Positions 50,247 to 61,781 of a stretch of 64,000 bases of DNA are shown in pieces (the first letter of the stretch is position 1; each line of letters begins with the position of its first letter). The notes beneath the pieces were generated by a model. That model saw nothing but the letters and a program-made list of their open reading frames with translations, made no database searches and had not been told where the DNA came from. Source of the stretch: Bacillota bacterium (lineage in GTDB: Bacteria; Bacillota; Halanaerobiia; B1SED10-174); NCBI GenBank assembly GCA_007122335.1, contig SKTZ01000014.1:6170-70169 (forward strand). The letters run 5' to 3'. The position numbers were made by a program, and so were the translations under genes.

Positions 50247-52400
50247 ATGAGTATACTGAAAAATTTAAACCCGCCACAAAAAAAAGCGGTTATCCATGGT
50301 GAAGGACCTTTATTGATTCTCGCTGGAGCTGGTAGCGGAAAAACCAGGGTTTTAACCCACCGTATTTCCTACCTGGTAGGGGAAAGGGGAATTTCTCCAA
50401 AAAACATAATGGGTGTTACCTTTACCAATAAAGCGGCGGAAGAAATGAAGAACAGGATCAGAAGATTAATTGGCCTGGGAACTGCTGATCTATGGATGGG
50501 AACCTTCCATGCTCTCTCGGTTCGAATCCTCCGCAGGGAGGCGGAAAGAGTCGGTTTTTCCAGCAACTTTGTAATATATGATACCCAGGAATCAAGGACC
50601 CTGATAAAAAACATAATGAAAAAAATTGGTTTGGACCCCAAGGAAATTAACCCGGCTGCTATCCAGCAGGAAATATCCCGCTTGAAAAGCGAACTAAAAG
50701 AACCCCACCAGATGGGCTCCACTGTTCACGATTTTTTCCGGGAAAATGTATACAAAGCTTACACCGAGTACCAAAAAGAACTCAAAAAAGCCAATGCCAT
50801 GGACTTTGATGACCTGATTATGATTACAGTAAAACTCCTTTTAGAGGAGCCAGAAATCCGTTCCCGTTACCAGTCCAGGTTTAGATATATCCTCGTTGAT
50901 GAGTACCAGGATGTTAATCATGCTCAGTACCGCTGGATTAACCTGCTCGCCGGTGACCAGGGCAACCTTACCGTAGTTGGAGATCCGGACCAGGGGATTT
51001 ATGGTTTCCGGGGGGCTGATATTAACAATATATTGAGCTTTGAAAAAGATTATCCCCGGGCCGAGGTTATTAAACTGGAAGAAAATTATCGTTCCTACCA
51101 GAATATTTTAAGCGGTGCACAGGGGGTAATTGCAGCGAATTCCCGCCGCAAGGAAAAAGATCTGTGGACAAGCAAGGGCAAAGGAAACCCCATAAACCTT
51201 CGGGAGTTTTACAACGGTGAAGAAGAAGCTGCCTTTATTGCCCAGGAGGTTCAGAATCTGCAGGAGAAGGATATCCTGGCCCGAGATATTGCTGTTTTTT
51301 ACCGGACCAACGCCCAGTCCCGGATCATAGAAACAGCCCTGACCCAGGCGGGAATCCCCTATAAAATAGTGGGGGGCATGAGGTTTTATGATCGGAAGGA
51401 AATTAAGGATCTTCTGGCCTACCTTAAGTTGATATATAACCGGGACGATACCATGAGTTTTTTGCGGGTGATTAACATGCCGCGCCGGGGCATCGGCCAG
51501 GCAACTATTGAAAAGGTGGAAAAAGAGGCCCTGCAGAGGGGAACGACTCTTTACAGGGTTTTAAGCCAGGTCGAGGAATTTTCCCTGGGCCCCCGGCAGC
51601 GAAAATCCCTGGCTGGTTTTTACAGGATGATTGAAGAATTGAGGAGTGAAGCTGAAAAACTGTTTCCTGGAGATCTATTGCAGGAAATCCTGGAAAGGAC
51701 AGGTTACTGGGCAGAACTTGCTGAAAGTGACAGCATTGAAGCCCAGGTCCGAATGGAAAATATCCAGGAGCTATTCAATGTATTGGAGGATATCCCCGAG
51801 GAAGGCTGGGAAGGTTTAGAAAACTTTCTTGCAGAAGTTTCACTGCTTTCCGACATTGACCTTTACGAGGAAGAACAGGGTGGTGTAACTTTAATGACCC
51901 TGCATACCGCCAAGGGTTTGGAATTCCCTGTTGTTTTTATGGTCGGCATGGAAGAGGGTTTTTGTCCACATAATAGGTCCATGGAAAATCCAGAAGAAAT
52001 AGAAGAAGAACGACGGTTATGCTATGTTGGTATGACCAGAGCCCAGGAAATATTATATATAACCTGGGCTCAGCAAAGGCAAATCTTTGGGACTAATGTT
52101 TTCCGGAAACCGTCCCAGTTTTTGCAGTGTATACCAGCGGAGAACTGTGCTGAAGTGGAAGAAGAGGAAAAGATTGATGATTTTCTTTCGGGAGAAAATA
52201 AAGGGGAAGAAAAAGAGGCCCCGGATGAGCCCCGGCACAACAATTTTGTTCTGGGACAGAAAGTTCGCCACCCCAAGTGGGGAGTGGGCCGGATTGTCAA
52301 CAAGACAGGAACGGGAAAGGATTTAAAACTTACTCTGGCTTTCGAGGGTCAGGGATTAAAAGAAATTTTAGTTGAATATGTAAACCTGGAAAAAATTTGA
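50247..52400 (+). CDS. pcrA: ATP-dependent DNA helicase PcrA (UvrD family)
   Basis: 717-aa ORF with the full SF1 motif set (AGAGSGKT, DEYQD, TLHTAKGLEF, VGMTRA). Confidence 0.93.
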   Translation: MSILKNLNPPQKKAVIHGEGPLLILAGAGSGKTRVLTHRISYLVGERGISPKNIMGVTFTNKAAEEMKNRIRRLIGLGTADLWMGTFHALSVRILRREAERVGFSSNFVIYDTQESRTLIKNIMKKIGLDPKEINPAAIQQEISRLKSELKEPHQMGSTVHDFFRENVYKAYTEYQKELKKANAMDFDDLIMITVKLLLEEPEIRSRYQSRFRYILVDEYQDVNHAQYRWINLLAGDQGNLTVVGDPDQGIYGFRGADINNILSFEKDYPRAEVIKLEENYRSYQNILSGAQGVIAANSRRKEKDLWTSKGKGNPINLREFYNGEEEAAFIAQEVQNLQEKDILARDIAVFYRTNAQSRIIETALTQAGIPYKIVGGMRFYDRKEIKDLLAYLKLIYNRDDTMSFLRVINMPRRGIGQATIEKVEKEALQRGTTLYRVLSQVEEFSLGPRQRKSLAGFYRMIEELRSEAEKLFPGDLLQEILERTGYWAELAESDSIEAQVRMENIQELFNVLEDIPEEGWEGLENFLAEVSLLSDIDLYEEEQGGVTLMTLHTAKGLEFPVVFMVGMEEGFCPHNRSMENPEEIEEERRLCYVGMTRAQEILYITWAQQRQIFGTNVFRKPSQFLQCIPAENCAEVEEEEKIDDFLSGENKGEEKEAPDEPRHNNFVLGQKVRHPKWGVGRIVNKTGTGKDLKLTLAFEGQGLKEILVEYVNLEKI

Positions 52401-52404
52401 CCGG

Positions 52405-52436
52405 GAGGGCAGCTTTATGCTGCCCTTTTCTTATTT
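52405..52436 (+). terminator. rho-independent terminator after pcrA
   Basis: GGGCAGC-TTTAT-GCTGCCC followed by TTTTCTTATTT. Confidence 0.85.
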
Positions 52437-52547
52437 CGAGAGTTTTTGGTGAAAGAAAGGAATCGGAAGTTTATCAGAAGAAATAAGAAGTTGAGGTAAA
52501 AATTATTCTCGCATGGTTTTTGTTTTTGTTAAAAGGGTTAAGAATAA

Positions 52548-54548
<2,001 letters not shown>

Positions 54549-54552
54549 AAAA

Positions 54553-54789
54553 GTGGAAAAAGAATTGGCCCGAATAACAGCCCTGGGAGAGGAAGATATC
54601 AAACTGGAATTACTCAGGAGTCAACTAGATGATATCAGGCTTTTTCTATCTCAAGGAGAAAAAGGGTTCGGGGAAGTTTTTAATTATAATTTCCTGACTT
54701 GGGAAAACCTCAGGGTTGATTGTCCCCAAGCAGAAGTAAGGGAAGCAGGAATAACCTTTAGGGTGGTTGAAATGCGGCAAAGGAGTTGA
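54553..54789 (+). CDS. gatC: Asp/Glu-tRNA amidotransferase subunit C (short)
   Basis: 78-aa ORF with a GTG start, immediately upstream of gatA. It shows GatC-like LxEE..(x)LDDI patterning (LGEEDIKLELLRSQLDDIRLF) and is shorter than the usual roughly 95 aa. Confidence 0.6.
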   Translation: MEKELARITALGEEDIKLELLRSQLDDIRLFLSQGEKGFGEVFNYNFLTWENLRVDCPQAEVREAGITFRVVEMRQRS

Positions 54790-56273
54790 GTTTTTTGAGC
54801 CTGGAAAATAAAAGCGCATCCTATATTTTCCACTTACTAAAAAAGGGAGGAATTTCCGCTCGTGAATTATTAAAAGATTGCAGGGAAAGGTTTAACGAGC
54901 GGGATCATAAACTTAATGCCTTCGTGGCAACCTCCTGGAAGCGGGCTGAAAAAAAAGCAAAAAAAATTGATGAAAAAAGGAAGGCGGGAGAGGAATTACC
55001 CCCTTTGAGCGGCATCCCCATTGCCATTAAGGATAATATGGCAAGGCGAAGGGATACAATGACCTGTTGTTCCAATTTTTTAGCCGATTTCTACCCGGGG
55101 TATTCTGCAACTGTGGTGGAAAAGCTGGAAAAGGCGGGAGCCGTAATAATAGGACGAACCAATATGGACGAAATGGCCATGGGTTCAACCACAGAAAAAT
55201 CAGCTTATTTCCCTACTCGAAATCCTCATGACCTGCATCGAGTTCCAGGAGGTTCATCAGGTGGTTCTGCTGCCGCAGTAGGTGGTGGAATTGTCCCGCT
55301 TGCCCTGGGCAGTGAGACGGGCGGTTCCATTCGCCAGCCAGCCTCTTTCTGCGGAGTTTATGGATTGCGGCCAACCTATGGAAGAGTTTCCCGTTTCGGG
55401 TTGGTTGCATATGCTTCTTCTTTAGACCAGATTGGGCCTTTTGCGGCTGACCTTGATGACCTCTGGTTGATTTTTTGCCACCTGGCAGGGAAAGATGAAC
55501 GGGACCAGACAACTTTTGCGGGCAAGGATCTAAAAAGAATGGGAGAAAATTTTGATCCCCCTGGTTTACGGGTAGCGCTGCCCCGAGAATACTTAGAAAA
55601 GGTTGAAGATGAGGAAATCAGCAAAAGATTGGAGCATGTTTGTGTTAGCCTGGAAAAAGCGGGGGTTAAAATTGAGGAAGTGTCTCTAATTGATCCCATC
55701 AGGGCTCTTGCAGTTTATTCTGTAATTGCAACTGCTGAAGCCAGCTCTAACCTGGCCCGTTTCGATGGGATTAGATTTGGACCTGAACCGGAAGGAGTCG
55801 ATAACTGGGAGGATTTTATAAAGAAAAGCCGGGCAGAGGGGTTTGGCGAGGAAGTGAAAAACAGGATTGCTCTGGGGGCCCTGGTTTTAAGTTCTGAGTA
55901 CCGGAAGGATTATTTTGACAGGGCCTTAATGGTCCGGGAGGAAATCCGCAAGGAACTGGAAGAACTGTGGCAAAGGTTTGATTTGATCCTGTCGCCGGCG
56001 ACCCCAACTCCTGCCTTCGAACTGGGGAGTGGTATGGAGATCTCTCTGCAGAAATATATGAGCGATATTCTTGCTATCCCCGCGAGTCTGGCGGGGATGC
56101 CTGCTATTTCATTACCTGCTGGGCTTAATGAAGACGGGTTGCCCCTGGGTTTGCAACTTATGGGACCCATGTGGTCAGAACCCCTGTTGATAGATTTTGC
56201 TGAATTTATTAAGCAAATAACGGGCTTTGGCGCCGAGGTTAAATTCAGGGCTGAAGGAGGTAGCGGATCATGA
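54786..56273 (+). CDS. gatA: Glu-tRNA(Gln) amidotransferase subunit A
   Basis: 495-aa amidase-signature enzyme (GGSSGGSAAAV, the Ser-cisSer-Lys triad region). Confidence 0.93.
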   Translation: MSFLSLENKSASYIFHLLKKGGISARELLKDCRERFNERDHKLNAFVATSWKRAEKKAKKIDEKRKAGEELPPLSGIPIAIKDNMARRRDTMTCCSNFLADFYPGYSATVVEKLEKAGAVIIGRTNMDEMAMGSTTEKSAYFPTRNPHDLHRVPGGSSGGSAAAVGGGIVPLALGSETGGSIRQPASFCGVYGLRPTYGRVSRFGLVAYASSLDQIGPFAADLDDLWLIFCHLAGKDERDQTTFAGKDLKRMGENFDPPGLRVALPREYLEKVEDEEISKRLEHVCVSLEKAGVKIEEVSLIDPIRALAVYSVIATAEASSNLARFDGIRFGPEPEGVDNWEDFIKKSRAEGFGEEVKNRIALGALVLSSEYRKDYFDRALMVREEIRKELEELWQRFDLILSPATPTPAFELGSGMEISLQKYMSDILAIPASLAGMPAISLPAGLNEDGLPLGLQLMGPMWSEPLLIDFAEFIKQITGFGAEVKFRAEGGSGS

Positions 56274-57679
56274 GCAGGGCTTTAGGGATGGTTGTGGGGC
56301 TGGAGATCCACCTGCAGTTAAAAACCAATTCCAAGATGTTTTGTTCCTGTTCAACAGAATTTGCTGCTCCTGCTAATACCAACACCTGCCCGATTTGCTT
56401 GGGCTGGCCGGGAACCCTGCCTTCTCTGAATCAGCGGGCTGTTTTTTTTGGCCTGCAGGGGGCTCTGGGGTTAAATTGCGATATTAACCTTGAGAGCTGG
56501 TTTGACCGGAAAAATTATTTTTACCCCGATTTACCTAAAGGTTATCAAATCACCCAGTACCAAAAACCTCTGGGCTATAATGGTACTTTCCGGGTGGGGA
56601 AAAAGGATTTTGCAATTCAGAAGGTTCACCTGGAAGAGGATGCAGGGAAAATAAATTACATTAATGGAAATATGGAAATCGATTTCAACAGGGCGGGTAT
56701 TCCCCTGCTGGAGATAGTTACTGAACCCGAAATAAGCAGTCCTGAACAGGCACGGAATTTTCTCCGCGAACTGCGGTTGTTTTTTCTGTACCTGGAGATA
56801 TCTGACTGCAATATGCAGGAAGGTTCTCTCCGCTGTGATGCCAATATATCCATGAGAAAGGTTGGAGAAGAATTATCTCCGAACCAGGTTGAATTAAAGA
56901 ATATGAATTCTTTCCAGGCCGTTGCTCGGGCTCTGGAGTATGAAGGAAAAAGACAGAGCAAAATCTTAAACGAGGGAGGATTAATAAAAAGAGAAACCCG
57001 AGGCTGGGATGGAGGAAAACAAAAAACATATTTCCTCCGCAGCAAGGAACAGGGTGTTGATTACCGTTATTTCTCAGAACCTGATCTTCCACCAGTTTTG
57101 CTAAAGCAAGAATTTGTTAATTCAGTTATGGGAAATTTACCCCGACAACCCGTTGAAAGACAGAAAAAATGGACCGAAGAGTGGGAAATTGGAGAAGAGG
57201 AAGCAGCAGTTCTAATTGCCCAAAAACCCCGGGCTGAATATTTTGAAAAAACTGCCTGCTTCGCTCCTCCTCAAGAAGTAGCAAAGTGGATTAAAGAAAA
57301 TCTTCTGCAATTTGATTTCCCCCTGGAAATACCACCAGAAGACCTGGCGGACATTATTAACCGGGTTGGAGTGGGAGAATTGAGCTCAACCAAGGGTAAG
57401 GAAGTTTTACAACTTGCCCTGGAAACCCGGAAAAAACCCGGAGAAATAATTCGAGAAAAAGGTTGGAAGCAGGTAAGCGACGAGGAATTTATTAAGCAAA
57501 TTGTTGAAAAGGTATTGCAGGAAAATCCTGAGGTTGTCCAGGATTACCTTTCCGGTAAGGAAAAGGCGATCCAGAATTTAATTGGGAAGGCCATGAAGAT
57601 CAGCGAGGGAAGGGCCAATCCCCGGCTTGTTGGAAACTTTCTGGCCAGCAAGTTAAAGGAGAGGGAGAACAATGGTTGA
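56270..57679 (+). CDS. gatB: Asp/Glu-tRNA amidotransferase subunit B
   Basis: 469-aa ORF (MVVGLEIHLQLKTNSKMFCSC...), a canonical GatB N-terminus, with a C-terminal YqeY-like domain. Confidence 0.93.
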   Translation: MSRALGMVVGLEIHLQLKTNSKMFCSCSTEFAAPANTNTCPICLGWPGTLPSLNQRAVFFGLQGALGLNCDINLESWFDRKNYFYPDLPKGYQITQYQKPLGYNGTFRVGKKDFAIQKVHLEEDAGKINYINGNMEIDFNRAGIPLLEIVTEPEISSPEQARNFLRELRLFFLYLEISDCNMQEGSLRCDANISMRKVGEELSPNQVELKNMNSFQAVARALEYEGKRQSKILNEGGLIKRETRGWDGGKQKTYFLRSKEQGVDYRYFSEPDLPPVLLKQEFVNSVMGNLPRQPVERQKKWTEEWEIGEEEAAVLIAQKPRAEYFEKTACFAPPQEVAKWIKENLLQFDFPLEIPPEDLADIINRVGVGELSSTKGKEVLQLALETRKKPGEIIREKGWKQVSDEEFIKQIVEKVLQENPEVVQDYLSGKEKAIQNLIGKAMKISEGRANPRLVGNFLASKLKERENNG

Positions 57680-58952
57680 AGAAATAATACCTGAATTGAA
57701 AATTAATGACCTGGGACATGATGGCCGGGGAGTTGGTAAGCTTAATGGCTATACCGTTTTTATACCTGGAACTCTACCCGGGGAGAGAGTCAGGGCCCGG
57801 CTTGTAAAAAAGAAAAAGCGTTTTGGAGAAGCCCTACTGGAAGAAGTTCTTGATGCATCACCCCACCGTAGAAAACCTCCCTGCCCTGTTTACTCCGAAT
57901 GCGGGGGGTGCCAACTGCAGCACATGGATTATTCTTTTCAGGTAGAATTTAAACAGGACCGATTGGTTCAGGCATTATACAGAATAGGTGAGGCTCAGGA
58001 TTTTCCTGCTCCCCGAATTCATGCTGCAGGAAAGGAATGGAATTACCGAAATAAAGCAACCTACCATCTTCAGGGAAGCCAGGTAGGTTTTTTCAGCCGC
58101 CAATCCCGCAGGGTAATTCCTCACGAGGAATGTGCTCTTTTGCCCCAGGAGGTCAACCAAATCAAAAAGAGCCTGGCAGATCTTTTAAAACAGAAGATTA
58201 TAACCTCGGGAAAAAATTTCACTGTAAGAACGAGTTTTTCCCATCAGCAGAGTCTCTTAATCCTCGACCAATCAGTAAAACCAGGGTCCTCCTGGGAGAA
58301 GGTTACAACTATTTTGCGGAAGGAAAACCCGGAACTTTTAGGGATCTATCAGCAGGGCAAGGGAAAAAGAGAGGGAAGAGGAATCTGGGGAAAGAGCATG
58401 ATTAAAGAAAAAATGGGTGATTATACTTTTGAGCTCGGACCGGCGACTTTTTTTCAGGTGAATTCGGAGCAGAGAGAAGTCCTTTTGGAGAGGGCGAAAA
58501 AAATTGTCCTGGACCTAAACTGTAGAAATATTGGCGACTTATACGCTGGTGCTGGTGTTTTCGGGATAAATCTGGCCAAACACGTTGACAGAGTTCTGGC
58601 AATCGAAATTTCGAGAGAGGCAGTAGCTGAAGGGAAAAGGAAGGCCCAGCATGCAGGACTTGATAATATTGAATTCCACAGAGGTGAGGTGGAAAGGGTT
58701 TTTGCTAAAATGCCCCGGGAATTGGATTGTGTTTTGCTTGATCCTCCCCGGGAAGGCTGCCACCCCAATTTGTGGCAGTTAATTGAAGAGAAAAAAGTAA
58801 AAAATATCGTTTATATTTCCTGTAACCCGGCCACCCTGGCCAGGGATATTGCTGAACTCCAACCCCTGGGCTACAGAATAGAGACCCTTGATCTTATTGA
58901 TATGTTCCCCCAGACTTATCACGTAGAATGTTTGGTACGACTATGTCGGTAA
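57672..58952 (+). CDS. rlmD: 23S rRNA (uracil-C5)-methyltransferase, RlmD/RumA family
   Basis: 426-aa ORF with an N-terminal TRAM domain, a 4-Cys cluster (C..C..CGGC), a SAM-MTase fold and the C-terminal catalytic Cys (ISCNP). Confidence 0.85.
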   Translation: MVEEIIPELKINDLGHDGRGVGKLNGYTVFIPGTLPGERVRARLVKKKKRFGEALLEEVLDASPHRRKPPCPVYSECGGCQLQHMDYSFQVEFKQDRLVQALYRIGEAQDFPAPRIHAAGKEWNYRNKATYHLQGSQVGFFSRQSRRVIPHEECALLPQEVNQIKKSLADLLKQKIITSGKNFTVRTSFSHQQSLLILDQSVKPGSSWEKVTTILRKENPELLGIYQQGKGKREGRGIWGKSMIKEKMGDYTFELGPATFFQVNSEQREVLLERAKKIVLDLNCRNIGDLYAGAGVFGINLAKHVDRVLAIEISREAVAEGKRKAQHAGLDNIEFHRGEVERVFAKMPRELDCVLLDPPREGCHPNLWQLIEEKKVKNIVYISCNPATLARDIAELQPLGYRIETLDLIDMFPQTYHVECLVRLCR

Positions 58953-59721
58953 AAATGCTTGTAATAATTGTGTTTTAGATGTTTTGCGGACTTTATACTT
59001 TTAGTAAGAATGAACAGAATTTCGAAAATAAATGGTTAATGGACAGCCTGAAAGTGAAAATAGGGTATGACCTCGTCTGCGGAGGTAGGTGTCTTTTTAA
59101 CAGTAATACTGGACCAACCATAATAAAAAAACCCACAGAACAAGGCTTGAGAGTAAATACCTGTTTGGTGGGAGCTCTTGGCTTCAAATTTACGGGGAGG
59201 AAATTTCAGGGCTCGTCCAAGATTTACTTACATATATAGAGCGAATAATATTTACGGAAAAGTGTGTTAATAAAGGGTTTATAGCCATCGGTTAGCAAGG
59301 GATAATAAACATAACTTCCAGCATGTCCGCTGTTTTATAATACTTATCAAAATTCCGGGCGGTAATTGGCCGGATATTATCATATTAAGCAACTGATTTG
59401 CCTTCTTTGGGTAGCCGGATGATAATGATGATTATTTAATAACATTTTCTGATACGCTATAGAATTCTATTGCATGTGAAAGAGCTGAGCGAACAATCAT
59501 AAGTCTTTCGTTAACATACCTGATGTAATTGTGATTTTTTGTTGTTATTTTAGAGGGATGGAGGGTAAAATGACTGATCGAAGAGGCAGGTAGGGAAGGG
59601 GTTAATCTAAATCAGTAATGGGTATATTTGTTAGGTAAAGAGACAGGAAAAGGGAGTAGAGTCTGGGTAAACAGAAAACCTTTAGAAGTTATGTAACTGA
59701 CCCTTTATCTATTTGAAGGGA

Positions 59722-60675
59722 CTACAGGGGTTTTCTTGGCTTTTTCAAGCATAGCTCAATTAGATCGCTGACGTTTGCTGTTCCCACACACATCACTTTG
59801 TCTGCCCCGCCCCAATAGATTTTTACTGTGCCATCTTTTTCAGGGACTGCCCCACAGGTAAACACCACATTATGCACATATCCGGTTAACTCCCAGGGGT
59901 CTTCAGGTTCAAGGATCCATTCATCAGCTACCCCGAGAATCCGCGATGGATCCCTCAGATCATGAAGCATTGCTCCAAGTCTGTAAACAGCTCCGTCCAT
60001 GGTGCGAAAGACCCCATGATAGATGTGCAGCCAGCCGCTATCGGTTCTGAAAGGGGTAGCTCCGGGGCCAATTTTCATTTCATCCCAATGGTAGGTTTCT
60101 GGTTTGACAATCAACTTTGAGTCTCCCCAGTGAATTAAATCGGGAGAATAGGAAATCCAGATGGACCAGGGGTTGATTTCCGTATGGGGACGATCCAGGC
60201 GGACATAACGTCCAGCAAACTTTTCTGGGAAAAGAACTACGTTACGCTGGTCTGCCTGTGTAATAAGAGAGATCCTTTCCACTGTTTCAAAATCCCGAGT
60301 TTTGGCTAAAGCAATCCTTACCCCGTGCTTGGAATAGGCACTGTATGTAATGAAGAAATCCTCATCTATTTTGCAGATTCTGGGGTCTTCAATACCATAT
60401 TTCTCATATTCAGCAAAAATGCTTTCTTGGGCCGGAGTCATAAAAGGCTTGGACTTGACCGCGAACCGGTAACCGTCTGAACTTTCTGCTATTCCCAGAA
60501 TAGAACGCCCGTTATGAAGATGTGACCGAAAAATCATCAAATAGCGCCCATCTGTCTTGATTACTCCAGCGTTGTGCACCGTAACTACCGGGTATGGCAC
60601 ATCGTTTTTGGTGAGGATGGGATTTTTTTTATATCTCTTAAGAATTGGTTCCCGTTTTTGCACAATTAACAACAT
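59722..60675 (-). CDS. glycoside hydrolase family 130 protein (beta-mannoside phosphorylase-like)
   Basis: 317-aa ORF with GH130/DUF377 hallmarks (EDPRI, YSAYS, WGGAD near the C-terminus, five-bladed propeller pattern). Confidence 0.8.
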   Translation of the reverse strand: MLLIVQKREPILKRYKKNPILTKNDVPYPVVTVHNAGVIKTDGRYLMIFRSHLHNGRSILGIAESSDGYRFAVKSKPFMTPAQESIFAEYEKYGIEDPRICKIDEDFFITYSAYSKHGVRIALAKTRDFETVERISLITQADQRNVVLFPEKFAGRYVRLDRPHTEINPWSIWISYSPDLIHWGDSKLIVKPETYHWDEMKIGPGATPFRTDSGWLHIYHGVFRTMDGAVYRLGAMLHDLRDPSRILGVADEWILEPEDPWELTGYVHNVVFTCGAVPEKDGTVKIYWGGADKVMCVGTANVSDLIELCLKKPRKPL

Positions 60676-60705
60676 CCTTCCGGTTTACTTAAACACTCGG
60701 CTCCA

Positions 60706-61719
60706 TTAAGTTTTTTCTATTATCCGCCGGTATACTGACAGATAATTTTCCACCATTTGATCTTGTGAGAATTTTTCTTCTACTACTCTCCTGCACTTAT
60801 GACGTGATATGGTTTTTATATTCCCTATTGCATCTACTGCAGAAGAAACATCGTTAACAAGAAAGCCGTTTTCGCCATCACTAATTAACTCCGGCATCGA
60901 GCCTTTGTTAAAAGCCACCACCGGTGTTCCACAGGCGTTGGCTTCCACAACAGACAAGCCGAAAGGCTCATTAAAATTGATTGAATGGATAAAACCAAGG
61001 GCACTCCCTAATAACTTATCTCTCAACTCGGGACCGACGGGACCTACAAACTTGACCTGGTCATCGTCAAGAAAAGGTTCAATTTGTTCTTTGAAATAAG
61101 CCTCATCCTGAATAATTCCGGCCATGATCAGCTTCATGCCCGCTTTACGGGCAATCTGAATTGCTTCACCGGCACCTTTATCGTGATGGATGCGCCCTAA
61201 GAAAAGCAGATAATCTTCAGGGGTTTCCTTAAACGTAAAGTTCTCAATATCGATACCATGATAAACAGTATCGATGTAGTTCAGTTCTGGTGAGCGATCG
61301 GCGTTGCTAATAGACACATAAAAAGTTGTGTCGTTATACTTCTTGTAAACGGGAATAATTTTCAAACTGGAAAAACCGTGGATAGTTGTTAGGACAGGCG
61401 TTTTTGTAAGACTTGAGTAGGTAAGTGGCAAAAAGTCGAAATGGTTATGGATTAGATCAAAATTTTCTGCCCTTTCAAATACCTCAGATATATGAAGACT
61501 CTCCCATACCTTGATATCAAAAGACCTGTCCTCCTCATAGGGGTGTGGCACTACAGCATGGAGCTTTCCCTTTGTGACTGAATCAGCTGTGGCAAACAAT
61601 GTAACATCTATCCCTCTCTTAACAAGCCCTTCTGTGATTAATGAAACTACCCGTTCCCACGGCCCATATTTCCGGGGCGGGGTCCTCCAGGCTATAGGAG
61701 AAAGCATGGCTATTTTCAT
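60706..61719 (-). CDS. glycosyltransferase family 4 (GT-B, retaining) protein
   Basis: 337-aa ORF with an N-terminal IAWRTPPRKYGPWERVV motif and a C-terminal E-x7-E region (EPFGLSVVEANACGTPVV) typical of GT4. Confidence 0.75.
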   Translation of the reverse strand: MKIAMLSPIAWRTPPRKYGPWERVVSLITEGLVKRGIDVTLFATADSVTKGKLHAVVPHPYEEDRSFDIKVWESLHISEVFERAENFDLIHNHFDFLPLTYSSLTKTPVLTTIHGFSSLKIIPVYKKYNDTTFYVSISNADRSPELNYIDTVYHGIDIENFTFKETPEDYLLFLGRIHHDKGAGEAIQIARKAGMKLIMAGIIQDEAYFKEQIEPFLDDDQVKFVGPVGPELRDKLLGSALGFIHSINFNEPFGLSVVEANACGTPVVAFNKGSMPELISDGENGFLVNDVSSAVDAIGNIKTISRHKCRRVVEEKFSQDQMVENYLSVYRRIIEKT

Positions 61720-61781
61720 TTAATATATTCCTCCTTCCTAGAAAAAAATTATGATTTCTCCCCTAAGGCAGAGGCCGCTTC

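Noticed and set aside
58979-59239. 86-aa ORF in the AT-rich spacer
   Set aside because: It has no ribosome-binding site, an odd composition and no recognisable motif, and sits in a low-GC non-coding stretch. It was not called.
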